From the NCBI GenBank assembly GCA_905618925.1, contig CAJQTG010000019.1, positions 36,430-100,429 on the forward strand: a stretch of DNA of 64,000 nucleotides, read 5' to 3'. The stretch comes from an uncultured Candidatus Thioglobus sp. (lineage in GTDB: Bacteria; Pseudomonadota; Gammaproteobacteria; PS1; Pseudothioglobaceae). A program made the position numbers and the translations under genes. This document shows, in pieces, positions 42,749 to 53,099 of this stretch. Under the pieces are notes generated by a model that searched no databases, was not told the origin of the DNA, and was given only the letters and a program-made list of their open reading frames with translations. The first letter of the stretch is position 1, and each line of letters begins with the position of its first letter.

Positions 42749-43267
42749 ATGTCTATTGAAACCCTAGAATACAAGCTTATTTTAAAAGAAGGAATTTTTG
42801 AAATTAGAAACTATGGCGATATGATCGTTGCAACTACAAAAGTTCAAAGCGATTATAAAAGTTCGACCAGTACTGGCTTTAGAAGAATTTTCAACTATAT
42901 TGTTGGTGGAAATGATAAAGAGTCTAAGATTGCTATGACTACACCAGTTATCTCTGATTGCCCATCTGAGGGCTTAAACGCCTATAACGTTTCTTTTGTA
43001 ATGCCAAAAGAGTATTCCATAGAAGACCTACCAAAAGCGAATACAAGCTTAGTTTCTATTGAGCAAGAAAGTCTTGGAGATGTTGCCGTTATAACCTTTG
43101 GGGGTTGGGCGAACGAATCTCGAAGTATTAGCTATCAAAAAAAGCTTTCATTATTGCTTGAAAAAAAGAGCATCAAAACACAAGGAGGCTTTATGATTGC
43201 TCGGTTTAATTCACCTTTGGCCCTTATGTTTAGAAAAAATGAGGTAATGGTTAGGATAATAAGTTAA
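42749..43267 (+). CDS. SOUL heme-binding family protein
   Basis: FEIRNY, GFRRIFNYIVGGN, KIAMTTPV, SFVMP, RKNEV; start moved to ATG 42749. Confidence 0.88.
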   Translation: MSIETLEYKLILKEGIFEIRNYGDMIVATTKVQSDYKSSTSTGFRRIFNYIVGGNDKESKIAMTTPVISDCPSEGLNAYNVSFVMPKEYSIEDLPKANTSLVSIEQESLGDVAVITFGGWANESRSISYQKKLSLLLEKKSIKTQGGFMIARFNSPLALMFRKNEVMVRIIS

Positions 43268-43293
43268 AGTCAGCTGAATCTCTTTTAGTTTTA

Positions 43294-43363
43294 AACTCAA
43301 CTATAAGTCCAAATCCTCTCTGATGTTTGAGGGAGGGGTTATATATGTTTAGCCGATAGCAAT
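43294..43363 (-). repeat. Dispersed boundary repeat, copy D
   Basis: Plus strand AACTATAAGTCCAAATCCTCTCTGATGTTTGAGGGAGGGGTTATATATG...CGATAGCAAT, colinear with copy C. Confidence 0.75.
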
Positions 43364-43384
43364 ACTGTATCACACTCAATATTA

Positions 43385-44359
43385 TTAAAGCTTGACCAAG
43401 TATCTTCCCACTGCTTTTGCTTGCAGTATTTTTTGATAAGCCTGTTGAATTTCATCAAGCGATATTTCATCCGCTAATTCGTTCAGGGTGGTGATCTTAA
43501 ACTCATTGGCAATTTTTTCCCAGACCTGCGTTTTTTTATCTAGTGAAGCCTCAACTGAATCAATTCCAATCAGTCTGACACCTCTCAAAATAAAAGGGAA
43601 TACATTGGTATTAAGTGAAATTGAGGCTACCAATCCACAACACGTAACAACCCCATCATACTTCACCTGTTTTAAGGCTTCAGCTAGTATATTTCCACCA
43701 ACCGTATCAAGCACTCCTGCAAATCTTTCTTTGCCCATTGGTCTTTTGTTTTCCACATCAAACTCTTTTCTCAGGATGACCTCTTGAGCGCCAAGAGTTT
43801 TTAAGTAACCTACTTGTTGCTCTTTCCCAGAAAGCGCAATTACATCAAATCCAAGTTTGGATAAAATTGCTACAGAAATACTGCCAACGCCACCGGTAGC
43901 GCCTGTAACCAGCACTTCACCACTTGTAATGCCGTTATTTAAAAGTTCATTGATACTTAAAGCAGCTGTTAAACCAGCAGTCCCATAAATCATTAATTCC
44001 CTTAAAGAGATATTATCTGGTTTCTTGATTAGCCAGGCCTCTGGAACTTTTACAAATTCACTATGACCACCATTTGTGTTCATTCCTAAATCATAACCAG
44101 TCATGAAAACTTCATCGCCGGGATGAAATGCATCTGATCTGGATTCAGCAACAATGCCACTGACATCAATACCTGTCACATGTGGAAAAACTCTTGTCAC
44201 GCCCGGATTTCCTATTGCACTTAAAGCATCTTTATAATTTAATGATGAATAAGAAGTTTTAATTAAAACTTGACGCTCTGCCAAAATAGGCTTTTCAATT
44301 TCTTTAACACTTGTTGTAAATTTTTTATCTTCGATTTTCTCCACTACAAAAGCTTTCAT
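43385..44359 (-). CDS. acuI: YhdH/AcuI-family acryloyl-CoA reductase (MDR oxidoreductase)
   Basis: YSSLNYKD, GTAGLTAA, VTGATGGVGS, VFPFILRGVRLIGIDS; start moved to ATG 44359 after GGAGG. Confidence 0.8.
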   Translation of the reverse strand: MKAFVVEKIEDKKFTTSVKEIEKPILAERQVLIKTSYSSLNYKDALSAIGNPGVTRVFPHVTGIDVSGIVAESRSDAFHPGDEVFMTGYDLGMNTNGGHSEFVKVPEAWLIKKPDNISLRELMIYGTAGLTAALSINELLNNGITSGEVLVTGATGGVGSISVAILSKLGFDVIALSGKEQQVGYLKTLGAQEVILRKEFDVENKRPMGKERFAGVLDTVGGNILAEALKQVKYDGVVTCCGLVASISLNTNVFPFILRGVRLIGIDSVEASLDKKTQVWEKIANEFKITTLNELADEISLDEIQQAYQKILQAKAVGRYLVKL

Positions 44360-44472
44360 ATTTTTCCTCCGTTTTATTATTAAGTTAAGGCAAGCTTTTG
44401 CTGCCAATATTTTAATCTTTAAGTGTTTAAGTCCCTATCATTTCATATTTTCTATAGGTAAAAATTCATCCA

Positions 44473-46005
44473 TTAGTGGCTAGATATTTCTTGTTGTATT
44501 TCATCTAAAATATTAGGGTCATCAATCGTTGGAGGGACTTCATAATCTTCACCATCAACAATTTTTTTCAATGTCTTACGCAAAATTTTTCCAGAACGAG
44601 TTTTAGGAAGTCGATTAACAATCAAAGTCTCTTTATAGCAAGCGACCGCTCCAATTTTTTCTTTAACCAATGCTACTAGGTTTTTCGATATCTCATCTTC
44701 AGAGATATCGACCCCAGACTTTAATATAACGAATCCAAATGGTAACTGCCCTTTCAGGCTGTCACTTCTACCTATAACTGCACACTCAGCTACCGATTCA
44801 TGTGAGCCAATAATTTCCTCCATTTCGCCCGTAGAGAGTCTGTGTCCCGAGACATTGATGACATCATCAGTACGCCCCATTACAAACAAGTATCCATCGT
44901 CATCAATATAACCACCATCGCCGCTAAGGTAATAACCTGGAAAAGCTTCTAAGTATGTTTCGTTGAATCTTTCAACGCTCCCCCAAATAGTATTTAGACA
45001 ACTAGGTGGGAGAGGTAATTTAATAGCAATGTTGCCTTGCTGGTTTCTATCTAGACTGTTTCCCTCATCATCTAATATTTGCACCTCAAAGCCGGGCACT
45101 GGCACTGTAGATGATCCTGGCTTAATAGGCATTTTTTCAACTCCTCTAAGGTTAGAAGCAATAGGCCAACCTGTTTCAGTTTGCCACCAATTATCAATGA
45201 CAGGTATATTAAATTTTTCCGTCAACCATTCATAAGTAGGTGGGTCAAGCCTTTCACCTGCTGCAAAAAAAGTTTGTAATGATGAGAGGTCATAGTTACC
45301 AATAAATTTACCACTAGGATCTTCTTTTTTAATGGCACGAAACGCGGTAGGCGCAGCAAACAAAGCTTTGACTTTATGATCGGATATCACTCTCCAAAAT
45401 GCACCTGCATCAGGTGTCATAATCGGCTTACCTTCGTATAATACAGTTGTACAGCCATGAATCAACGGTCCATAAACAATATATGAATGACCGACTATCC
45501 AACCGACATCGGAAGCGGCCCAAAATACGTCCTCTTGGTTTATGTCATAAATTGCACTCATGCTATATTTCATAGCTACAGCGTGACCCCCATTTTCGCG
45601 CACAATGCCTTTGGGTTTACCGGTAGTTCCGGAGGTATATAAAATATACAGCACATCGTCGCCGTTCACCTCCACGCAGTTTGCAGGAATTGCAGCATCA
45701 CAACAACTCTTCCAATCAAAATCACGACCCTCTGTCAATTTTGCTAAATGCTGCTCTCTTTGATAAATAATACAACTCTTAGGTTTATACTGAGCTATCT
45801 CAATTGCACTATCTAACAAAGGTTTGTAAGGGATTATATTTTTCACTTCAATGCCGCAAGAAGCGCTCATAATTAGTATAGGCTTGGAGTCATCAATTCT
45901 AACCGCTAACTCAGAAGCGGCGAAACCACCAAATACTACAGAATGAATGGCACCCAACCTAGCACAAGCTAGCATTGCTATTGCAGCTTGTGGAATCATC
46001 GGCAA
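44473..46005 (-). pseudogene. prpE: Propionyl-CoA/acetyl-CoA synthetase (PrpE-like), 5'-truncated
   Basis: Begins mid-protein at (M)PMIPQAAIAMLACARLGAIHSVVFGGFA; YTSGTTGKPKG, DNWWQTETGW, LPKTRSGKILR; roughly 110-130 N-terminal residues missing. Confidence 0.8.
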
Positions 46006-46535
46006 ATATCAGCAAGACTCACTTGATTTTGATGACAATAATCACCAGTATCACTTTCTTGAAGACGCTGCTCAAGAGCCTCAAAACCAACTTTGATCCA
46101 ATGCTGATACCACTTTAGCTTTACCTCTTTGTCAGCTGCCAATTCATCTTCTAAATAATTAAGTACACGCAAATTATCCAGTGGATGAATATCACTGCAA
46201 ATCAGTTGCGCTAGTGATCGAATACGCGCCCTACCAAGGACTCTCTCAGTCATTATTGATGGCTCTGGCTGCAGCTCTTGCAAATACTCGCAAATCGCCA
46301 AAGATTGAGTTAGCACAACATCACTCTTTCCTTTCTCTTGGATAAGTAGTACCGGCACTAAGCCTTGTGGATTGAGCGATTTATACTCATCAGAAGCCTC
46401 TTCTGATTCCAATAAATTAATCCGCCTGCTTTGATATTGAAGCTGCTTAAAATTGAAAGCTATACGCACTCGATAAGCAGCTGACGATCGAGGATAATCA
46501 TATAAAGTCAGTGCAACTTGTTCAGCATCAATCAT
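45996..46535 (-). pseudogene. maiA: Maleylacetoacetate isomerase (GST zeta), 3'-truncated
   Basis: LYDYPRSSAAYRVRIA, LNPQGLVPVL, DIHPLDNLRVL; stops at LADICR*, where the family continues LADICLxPQ... Confidence 0.8.
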
Positions 46536-46563
46536 TATTCTATTTTTTGTTAAAAATCCAAGC

Positions 46564-46623
46564 TATATTTTGTACTAAAGTTTGATCTAGGAGGGAGGGT
46601 TTATTAATAGTTAGGTCAGCCTG
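46564..46623 (-). repeat. Dispersed boundary repeat, copy B
   Basis: Plus strand TATATTTTGTACTAAAGTTTGATCTAGGAGGGAGGGTTTATTAATAGTTAGGTCAGCCTG; aligns with the reverse complement of copy A and with copy C. Confidence 0.7.
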
Positions 46624-46634
46624 AGAAAGCCTTT

Positions 46635-48389
46635 TTAACCTGATAGCGCTGAGATTGTTGCAAAGTTTGATTGATATCTTGGCAAGATAAAATCTAAAAA
46701 GTGTTTTACAGATTTAGACTTTTCTTCAAAAAAATCAGATGAAACTGTATTATTTTCAAAGGCAATTTTTACCTTATCAAGGCTTTTCAGCATCTGCCAT
46801 GCAGCTGTAATCGTTCCTGCCATCATTAGAACATCAAAAGCTATTTGCCCAGAATGTTGTGTATTTTCAGAATTATTTATAACAAACGATGTTGTATTTT
46901 CTAGCGCTCTTAAAGATTCTTTAAAGCGATTTAGTTGTGCGGCGGAAACCTGTGTTTTTAGAGATTCTTTGTTAGCGCATTGTTGCATTTCAGAGATTAA
47001 CTCATTCATACCCAGACCATTGTCACTAATAATTTTTCTGCCAACAAGGTCCATAGCTTGAATTCCATTGGTCCCTTCATAAATTGGCAATATACGAGCA
47101 TCCCGAACAATTTGGGCAATTCCAGTTTCTTCAATATACCCCATTCCTCCATGGCATTGAAGACTTAAAGATGCAACTTCTTGTGCAGTTTCTGTGCACC
47201 ATCCTTTAACGATTGGCGTAAGGATACCTAGCCTTCTTTTGTGTTGTTCAAGGTCCGCTAATGGCAAGGCACTATCAGCAAAATCAACTTCAGCGCATGC
47301 TGAATAAGTCAGAGCACGGGAGGCCTCAGTTATTGACTTCATATTAGACAGCATGCGCTGAACATCTGGGTGTCTAATTATTGGGCCTGCCTCTTTGTAT
47401 CCAGGAGCAACTCCTTGGACGCGTAAATTACAAAAGCTAAGCGCTTGTTGATAGGCTCGTTCAGAAACCGATACGCCCTGAAGTCCAACAGTCAGCCTTG
47501 CATTATTCATCATTGTAAACATACATTGTATGCCTCTATTTTCCTCACCTACCAAGTAACCAATTGCGCCAGTTTTGTCACCATAGCTCATTACACATGT
47601 AGGGCAAGCATGAATTCCAATTTTCTCTTCTAAAGACAGAGCCCTTAGATCGTTTGCCTCACCCAAAGAGCCATCATCGTTTACAAGTATTTTTGGGACT
47701 AAGAATAGAGAAATTCCTTTAACCCCTTCAGGAGCATCAGGAAGACGTGCTAAAACTAAATGCACAATATTTTCTGCCATATCGTGCTCACCCCAAGTGA
47801 TATATATTTTTTGACCACGGATTAAATAGTGATTTTTTTCTGGTATTGCGCGAGTTTTTAGTGCACCTACATCAGTTCCAGCATCACCCTCGGTCAAATT
47901 CATTGTGCCGCTCCACTCACCAGATATCAATTTTGGAAGGTAGCGCTCCTTAAGCTCGTCACTTGCGTTATGAGTTATGGCCTCGACTGCTCCCTGCGTC
48001 AGAAGTGGGCAGAGACCCCAAGACATGTTGGCAGAATGCCACATTTCTTGAACGCTGGCTGCAACAACAAACGGGACTCCTTGACCACCATATTTAGGGT
48101 CAAATTGAAGAGAGCCCCACCCACCTTCAACATAGTGATGATAAGCCTCCTTAAAACCAGTTGCCGTAGTTACTTCTCCAACACTATTAATTTTTAAACC
48201 TTCAAGATCTCCTGGTTTATTAATAGGCTCAATTTCTTCTTTTGCTAGTTTTCCTGCAGCATCAAGAACAGTATCAATTATGTCAATAGTAGAGGCATCA
48301 ATCCCAGTTTCACTACAAAGATTTTCTAACTCTACGACCTCTCTTAAAACAAATCCCATGTCTTCCACTGGGGCGGTATAGTTTGACAT
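46635..48389 (-). CDS. Acyl-CoA dehydrogenase, DmdC (MMPA-CoA dehydrogenase)-like
   Basis: SGTMNLTE, GQKIYITWGEHD, GVKGISLFLVPK, HGGMGYIEETG, IYEGTNGIQAMDL. Confidence 0.8.
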   Translation of the reverse strand: MSNYTAPVEDMGFVLREVVELENLCSETGIDASTIDIIDTVLDAAGKLAKEEIEPINKPGDLEGLKINSVGEVTTATGFKEAYHHYVEGGWGSLQFDPKYGGQGVPFVVAASVQEMWHSANMSWGLCPLLTQGAVEAITHNASDELKERYLPKLISGEWSGTMNLTEGDAGTDVGALKTRAIPEKNHYLIRGQKIYITWGEHDMAENIVHLVLARLPDAPEGVKGISLFLVPKILVNDDGSLGEANDLRALSLEEKIGIHACPTCVMSYGDKTGAIGYLVGEENRGIQCMFTMMNNARLTVGLQGVSVSERAYQQALSFCNLRVQGVAPGYKEAGPIIRHPDVQRMLSNMKSITEASRALTYSACAEVDFADSALPLADLEQHKRRLGILTPIVKGWCTETAQEVASLSLQCHGGMGYIEETGIAQIVRDARILPIYEGTNGIQAMDLVGRKIISDNGLGMNELISEMQQCANKESLKTQVSAAQLNRFKESLRALENTTSFVINNSENTQHSGQIAFDVLMMAGTITAAWQMLKSLDKVKIAFENNTVSSDFFEEKSKSVKHFLDFILPRYQSNFATISALSG

Positions 48390-50002
48390 TAAGTTTCTCC
48401 AATGTTCTTAACTGAGTCTCTAAGCTCGTGCTTTTGAATTTTCCCAGTTGCAGTTTTAGGTAGTGGCCCAAAGACAACTTTTTTTGGTCTTTTAAATTTA
48501 GCCATATTTTTCTTACAAAAATTAATAAGTTCTTCTTCAGATGCTAATTGACCGGACTTTAGTTCTACAAATGCACAAGGAACTTCTCCCCAAGTTTCAT
48601 CTGACATTGCTACAACGGCAGCTTCTCCAACTGAGGGGTGCTGATAAAGAACATTTTCAATCTCTACAGAAGAAATATTTTCTCCTCCAGAAATTATGAT
48701 ATCTTTTAACCTGTCCTTGATTTGAATGTAGCCATCATTATGAATTACAGCCAAGTCACCACTATGAAACCAGTCATCAGCGAAGGCTTCTTCGGTAGCT
48801 TTTGGATTATTAAAATACCCCATCATGCAGGTATTACAACGAATTACTATTTCTCCAATTGTCTCACCATCTGGTGGAACATGTTCGCCAGTCTCTTGGT
48901 CAATGACGCTTACATCTTCTGTCATCGGAAATCGAACCCCCTGGCGTGAACTTAGTTTTGCAAGTTCCGCTGGCATCTCATCAAGCCATGATTTTTGAGG
49001 CGCAGCCTGAAGAATATGCCCATAGGTTTCAGTGAGACCATAAACATGCATAACATTGAAGCCAAGAGATATCATGCTTTCGAGAACTTTTGCAGGCGGA
49101 GGAGCTCCAGCAGTCATAACTTTAATTTCACGATCAAAAGTTTTTTGTATTTCTTTTGGCGCATTGGATAACATATTAAGCATTATTGGTGCTCCACCAA
49201 AGTGAGTCACATTATGCACTTCTAATAAGTTAAATACTTTTTCGGGTGAAAATGTTCTAAGGCATACAACTGTTCCAGCAACTGCAGCTATCGTCCAGGC
49301 GTGGCCCCAACCATTACAATGAAACATTGGAACTGAGTAAAGATACACTGGATGATTGGTAAGTTCCCAGCCAATAACTGTGCCCATACTCATCAAGTAT
49401 GAACCACGATGATGGTAAACAACACCCTTTGGAGTCCCAGTTGTTCCTGAAGTATAGTTTAAAGATAATGGCTGCCATTCATCATTAGGTCGCTGCCATT
49501 TAAATGAAGGGTCACCGTTTTCAACGAGAGATTCATATCCAATAGTCTCTTCAGTTACTTCTGGTTTAGATTCAGCAAACTCATCATTTATTAAAACTAC
49601 TTTTGGGTTTGTTGAAGAAATAGATAACGCCTCAGACGCTAACTTATAAAGCTCTCTATCAACAAATAGAATTTTTGCCTTACTATCTTCAAGAATATGG
49701 GCGATTGTTCCAGCATCAAGTCTTATATTTATAGTATTTAGAACAGCACCAGCCATCGGGATCGAAAAATGAGATTCAAACATTTCTGGAGTGTTGAATG
49801 CAAGAACTGATACAGTGTCTCCAGGAATAACACCTAGATTGTTTAAGCTTGATGCAATACGAGTACATCTTTCTCTTGACTCAGCCCAAGTGTAAGTTCT
49901 ATTTTCATAAATTACAGAAGTGTGCTGACCGTAGACATCTGCTGTTCTATGTAAGAATGAAATAGGCGTAAGAGGTACAAAATTTGCAGGATTTTTGTTC
50001 AT
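48389..50002 (-). CDS. Acyl-CoA ligase, DmdB (MMPA-CoA ligase)-like
   Basis: ANFVPLTPISFL, YTSGTTGTPKG, PMFHCNGW, YGLTETYG, PKTATGKIQK. Confidence 0.8.
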   Translation of the reverse strand: MNKNPANFVPLTPISFLHRTADVYGQHTSVIYENRTYTWAESRERCTRIASSLNNLGVIPGDTVSVLAFNTPEMFESHFSIPMAGAVLNTINIRLDAGTIAHILEDSKAKILFVDRELYKLASEALSISSTNPKVVLINDEFAESKPEVTEETIGYESLVENGDPSFKWQRPNDEWQPLSLNYTSGTTGTPKGVVYHHRGSYLMSMGTVIGWELTNHPVYLYSVPMFHCNGWGHAWTIAAVAGTVVCLRTFSPEKVFNLLEVHNVTHFGGAPIMLNMLSNAPKEIQKTFDREIKVMTAGAPPPAKVLESMISLGFNVMHVYGLTETYGHILQAAPQKSWLDEMPAELAKLSSRQGVRFPMTEDVSVIDQETGEHVPPDGETIGEIVIRCNTCMMGYFNNPKATEEAFADDWFHSGDLAVIHNDGYIQIKDRLKDIIISGGENISSVEIENVLYQHPSVGEAAVVAMSDETWGEVPCAFVELKSGQLASEEELINFCKKNMAKFKRPKKVVFGPLPKTATGKIQKHELRDSVKNIGET

Positions 50003-50013
50003 AGTATTAACTG

Positions 50014-52311
50014 TTAATTTCTAAGCGTAATTCCATTATCTAACATGGATACAATCCTTGCTTGCGTTTCTTGGGTTTGAGCAAGGGTTAGGAATGAAGA
50101 GCGTTCAGCATCTAAAATATCTTGTTCGGTAAAAATAGTTCCAGAAGCACAATTTCCACCTGTCATAATTCTTCCAATCTCAGTTCCAACAGTCACATCA
50201 TGCGGCGTAAGCATGCCCTTTTGATGATTTGTTGTAAGCCACTTGAGCATTTCTTCAAAGTGGTCTGCACCAGAAAGTGCGAGGGGATTTCTGACTTTTG
50301 CTTTTGAGGTTGTCTCAATCGATGAAAGTGCACTATTAAGTATACGGTCTCTATTCATATGAAAGACGTCATCAGCTCTTCTCATTGATAGGGCGTCAGC
50401 CTCTTGGGGAGAATTGGCTCGTCTACCAAGCCCAATATTCATAAATGATTTCCAAGCACCCTTGCGAGTATCTCTTAAATTTTCAGACCACCTATAAAGC
50501 GTTTCTTTGCATCCACCACCTGCTGGAACAACTCCCATAAATGACTCAACAAGCCCCATGACTGAGTTAGCATGGCCAACAACATGATCCGCATGAAGTA
50601 CAACTTCAAAGCCACCACCAATTGACATACCCACTGGCGCAGCAATTACAGGTAATTTAGAATTTCTCATTTTCAGCATTGTATTTTGAAAGTAGACAAG
50701 AAATGCATCAAGAGCATCAAAGTCATTTTTTTCAAAGCAATTTCTAACACTCCAAAGACTAACTCCACAGGAGAAATGCTGGAAGTCATTGTGAATTACC
50801 ACACCACGTAAGCCTTTTTTTTCAGACTCAGATATTGCATCAGAAATCATATCCAAAGAGGCGCTATCCAGCGCATTCGCTTTGGAATGAAACTCAACAA
50901 TTGCTGCGCCTTCGTACTCAAACCAGCTAGCAGATTCATTTGAATTTATTGCTTTGAGGGTTTGTCGAACTTCAGAAAATCTAAGTACGCCATCTGATCT
51001 AATAATTGGTTTTAGATTCCCACTAGGTGAAAGGGAGCTTAATCCTGATTTTGAATTGTTATAAAATTTATGATTAAGTCCTTTAAGAAGAAACTCTGGA
51101 ACGTCTCTACCATCATCTTTAAGTCTATCAACAAAGTACTTAATTCCAATTTCATCTAACAGCTCAAATGGTCCCTGGACCCAGTTATAACCAAGCTTCA
51201 TAGCATCATCTATTTGTGTTAAATCATCAGTGACCTCTGGTACTAGAGATGCAGCGTAGCAGAGTGTTTCTGAAATAACATCCCATATATAAATACCATA
51301 TGGACTTGTATCTTTGATAATATAAGAAATCCCAATTTTTTCTGCCTCTTCAAGAAGAGGAGTTTTTAAGCGCTCATGAGCACCATAATTTCCACTTGAT
51401 AAATCAATTACTTGCCGTACATCACCAATTTGCTTATAAAAACCTTTTTCATTTTTATTTCCAGTCTGACCATTTGCAATCATTTTGGTCATAAACTCAA
51501 TTTGAGAGGAGTATTTATGAAAAGCGTCATTTTCTGGAAGTATGCTTACGAGGCTTTTGACAACATCCGCCATAAGATCAATGCCAATTAAATCATATAG
51601 TCCAAAAACACCTGTCTTTGGAAGACCTAGAGGCCTGCCAAAAAAAGCATCTGCCTCTGTTGGTGATAGATTATATTTAAAAGCTTTATGAAGGGCACAT
51701 TGGATAGCAAAAACACCCACTCTATTAGCAAGAAATCCTGGTGTATCAGAACATGAGACAACACCCTTTCCAAGCATTGTTTCACTAAATAAATCAAGAG
51801 TATCAATAACATCATCTCTAGTAAATTCACCACGAACCAATTCAAGTAATCTCATAAATCTAACTGGGTTAAAAAAATGAGTAATTGCAAAGCGCTCACA
51901 AAACTTTTTTGGCATTCCTTTTGTTAGAAGACTAATAGGAATCGTTGAGGTGTTTGAGGTAATAATGGTTGACTCTTTGCAACTTTCATTCAGCTTTTGA
52001 TAAAGAGATTGTTTAATATCAAGTCTCTCTACAACAGCTTCAGCGATCCAGTCACAATCCTCAAGCTCATGGAAGTGATCACGAGTGTTTCCAATTCTTA
52101 TAAGGTTTTCTGCTTCTTTACTCATAAGGCCAGGCATGTCTGGATCTTTAAGCCTTTCAAGTCCCTTAGTCGCAAGGCTATTTACGTTCTCACCCTCACT
52201 AGGAAGGTCAAGAAGCCAGACTTCTACCCCAGCATTCGCAACTTGACCAGCAATCCCAGCACCCATTGTTCCGGCGCCAATGACGCCTACTTTTTTTATT
52301 TGATTTATCAT
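50014..52311 (-). CDS. 3-hydroxyacyl-CoA dehydrogenase / enoyl-CoA hydratase fusion (FadN-type)
   Basis: GAGTMGAGIA, EAVVE, SNTSTI, HFFNP; C-terminal crotonase domain GGGFE..GLVE. Confidence 0.88.
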   Translation of the reverse strand: MINQIKKVGVIGAGTMGAGIAGQVANAGVEVWLLDLPSEGENVNSLATKGLERLKDPDMPGLMSKEAENLIRIGNTRDHFHELEDCDWIAEAVVERLDIKQSLYQKLNESCKESTIITSNTSTIPISLLTKGMPKKFCERFAITHFFNPVRFMRLLELVRGEFTRDDVIDTLDLFSETMLGKGVVSCSDTPGFLANRVGVFAIQCALHKAFKYNLSPTEADAFFGRPLGLPKTGVFGLYDLIGIDLMADVVKSLVSILPENDAFHKYSSQIEFMTKMIANGQTGNKNEKGFYKQIGDVRQVIDLSSGNYGAHERLKTPLLEEAEKIGISYIIKDTSPYGIYIWDVISETLCYAASLVPEVTDDLTQIDDAMKLGYNWVQGPFELLDEIGIKYFVDRLKDDGRDVPEFLLKGLNHKFYNNSKSGLSSLSPSGNLKPIIRSDGVLRFSEVRQTLKAINSNESASWFEYEGAAIVEFHSKANALDSASLDMISDAISESEKKGLRGVVIHNDFQHFSCGVSLWSVRNCFEKNDFDALDAFLVYFQNTMLKMRNSKLPVIAAPVGMSIGGGFEVVLHADHVVGHANSVMGLVESFMGVVPAGGGCKETLYRWSENLRDTRKGAWKSFMNIGLGRRANSPQEADALSMRRADDVFHMNRDRILNSALSSIETTSKAKVRNPLALSGADHFEEMLKWLTTNHQKGMLTPHDVTVGTEIGRIMTGGNCASGTIFTEQDILDAERSSFLTLAQTQETQARIVSMLDNGITLRN

Positions 52312-53099
52312 GAAGAGTTTTTTAAGATGAATGATTTAATGGCATCAAGAGTGTCTTTTGGAGACTCTATTGGAAGCATATGACCAGCATTAGAAATAGT
52401 TGTAGTCTCAGCGTTCAGCATCTTAGCTAATTCTAAGCCGAATCGAAGAGGTGTATTTTTGTCTTCTGTTGCGAGAATAACGTTAGATGGAGTGTTAATA
52501 TCTTTAGCACAATTTATGCCATTTTTATATTCAGTGCAAGCAACAAGATCTTCTGCTAGAGGATTATTAACCATTATTTGTCGGCCAATCGCTATGGGCT
52601 GCATTCCTGGCACAGCGCTACTACCTGATTGTGATTGAGAGCCAAATCCCCACTTGAGCAACATATCGGCTGCATCAATAGGTGTTTTTTTAGCCGCTTC
52701 AACTAGAGTTTCGTTAACGGGTATTGAAGCAGCAGTTGCGACAGCAGTTAATGTTTTTAGTTTTGACCCTAAAGAGCCAGCTGCCTCTAAAGCAACAAGA
52801 AATCCTTGAGAATGTCCAACAAGATGTATTGATTCACAGCCTGCTAATTTAAGAGTTTTTACGAGCCATTTACCCATCTCTTCAATCGTTTTTAAAGGCT
52901 TACCTTCCGAAAGGCTATGACCAGGAAGGTCAGGTGCAAATACTGAAAAACCATGAAAAGCAAACCATCTCGCTTGAAGGGCCCAAGATCTGTGGTCTAG
53001 ACCACTCCCATGAACAAACACTACAGTAGGTTTTTTAGGATCAAATGTGCAGCCACCAGTGGCTACAAAAATATTATCCCCATCAACAACGATATTCAT
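52308..53099 (-). CDS. Alpha/beta hydrolase
   Basis: FVHGSG, DLPGHSLS, GHSQG nucleophile elbow, AGHM. Confidence 0.88.
   Translation of the reverse strand: MNIVVDGDNIFVATGGCTFDPKKPTVVFVHGSGLDHRSWALQARWFAFHGFSVFAPDLPGHSLSEGKPLKTIEEMGKWLVKTLKLAGCESIHLVGHSQGFLVALEAAGSLGSKLKTLTAVATAASIPVNETLVEAAKKTPIDAADMLLKWGFGSQSQSGSSAVPGMQPIAIGRQIMVNNPLAEDLVACTEYKNGINCAKDINTPSNVILATEDKNTPLRFGLELAKMLNAETTTISNAGHMLPIESPKDTLDAIKSFILKNSS

Noticed and set aside
26910-44407. Longer N-termini in the ORF track for secG, rpsB, cfa, DUF1295, SOUL and acuI
   Set aside because: They overlap upstream genes or leaders; downstream ATGs with an SD or stop-start coupling fit the family N-termini better.
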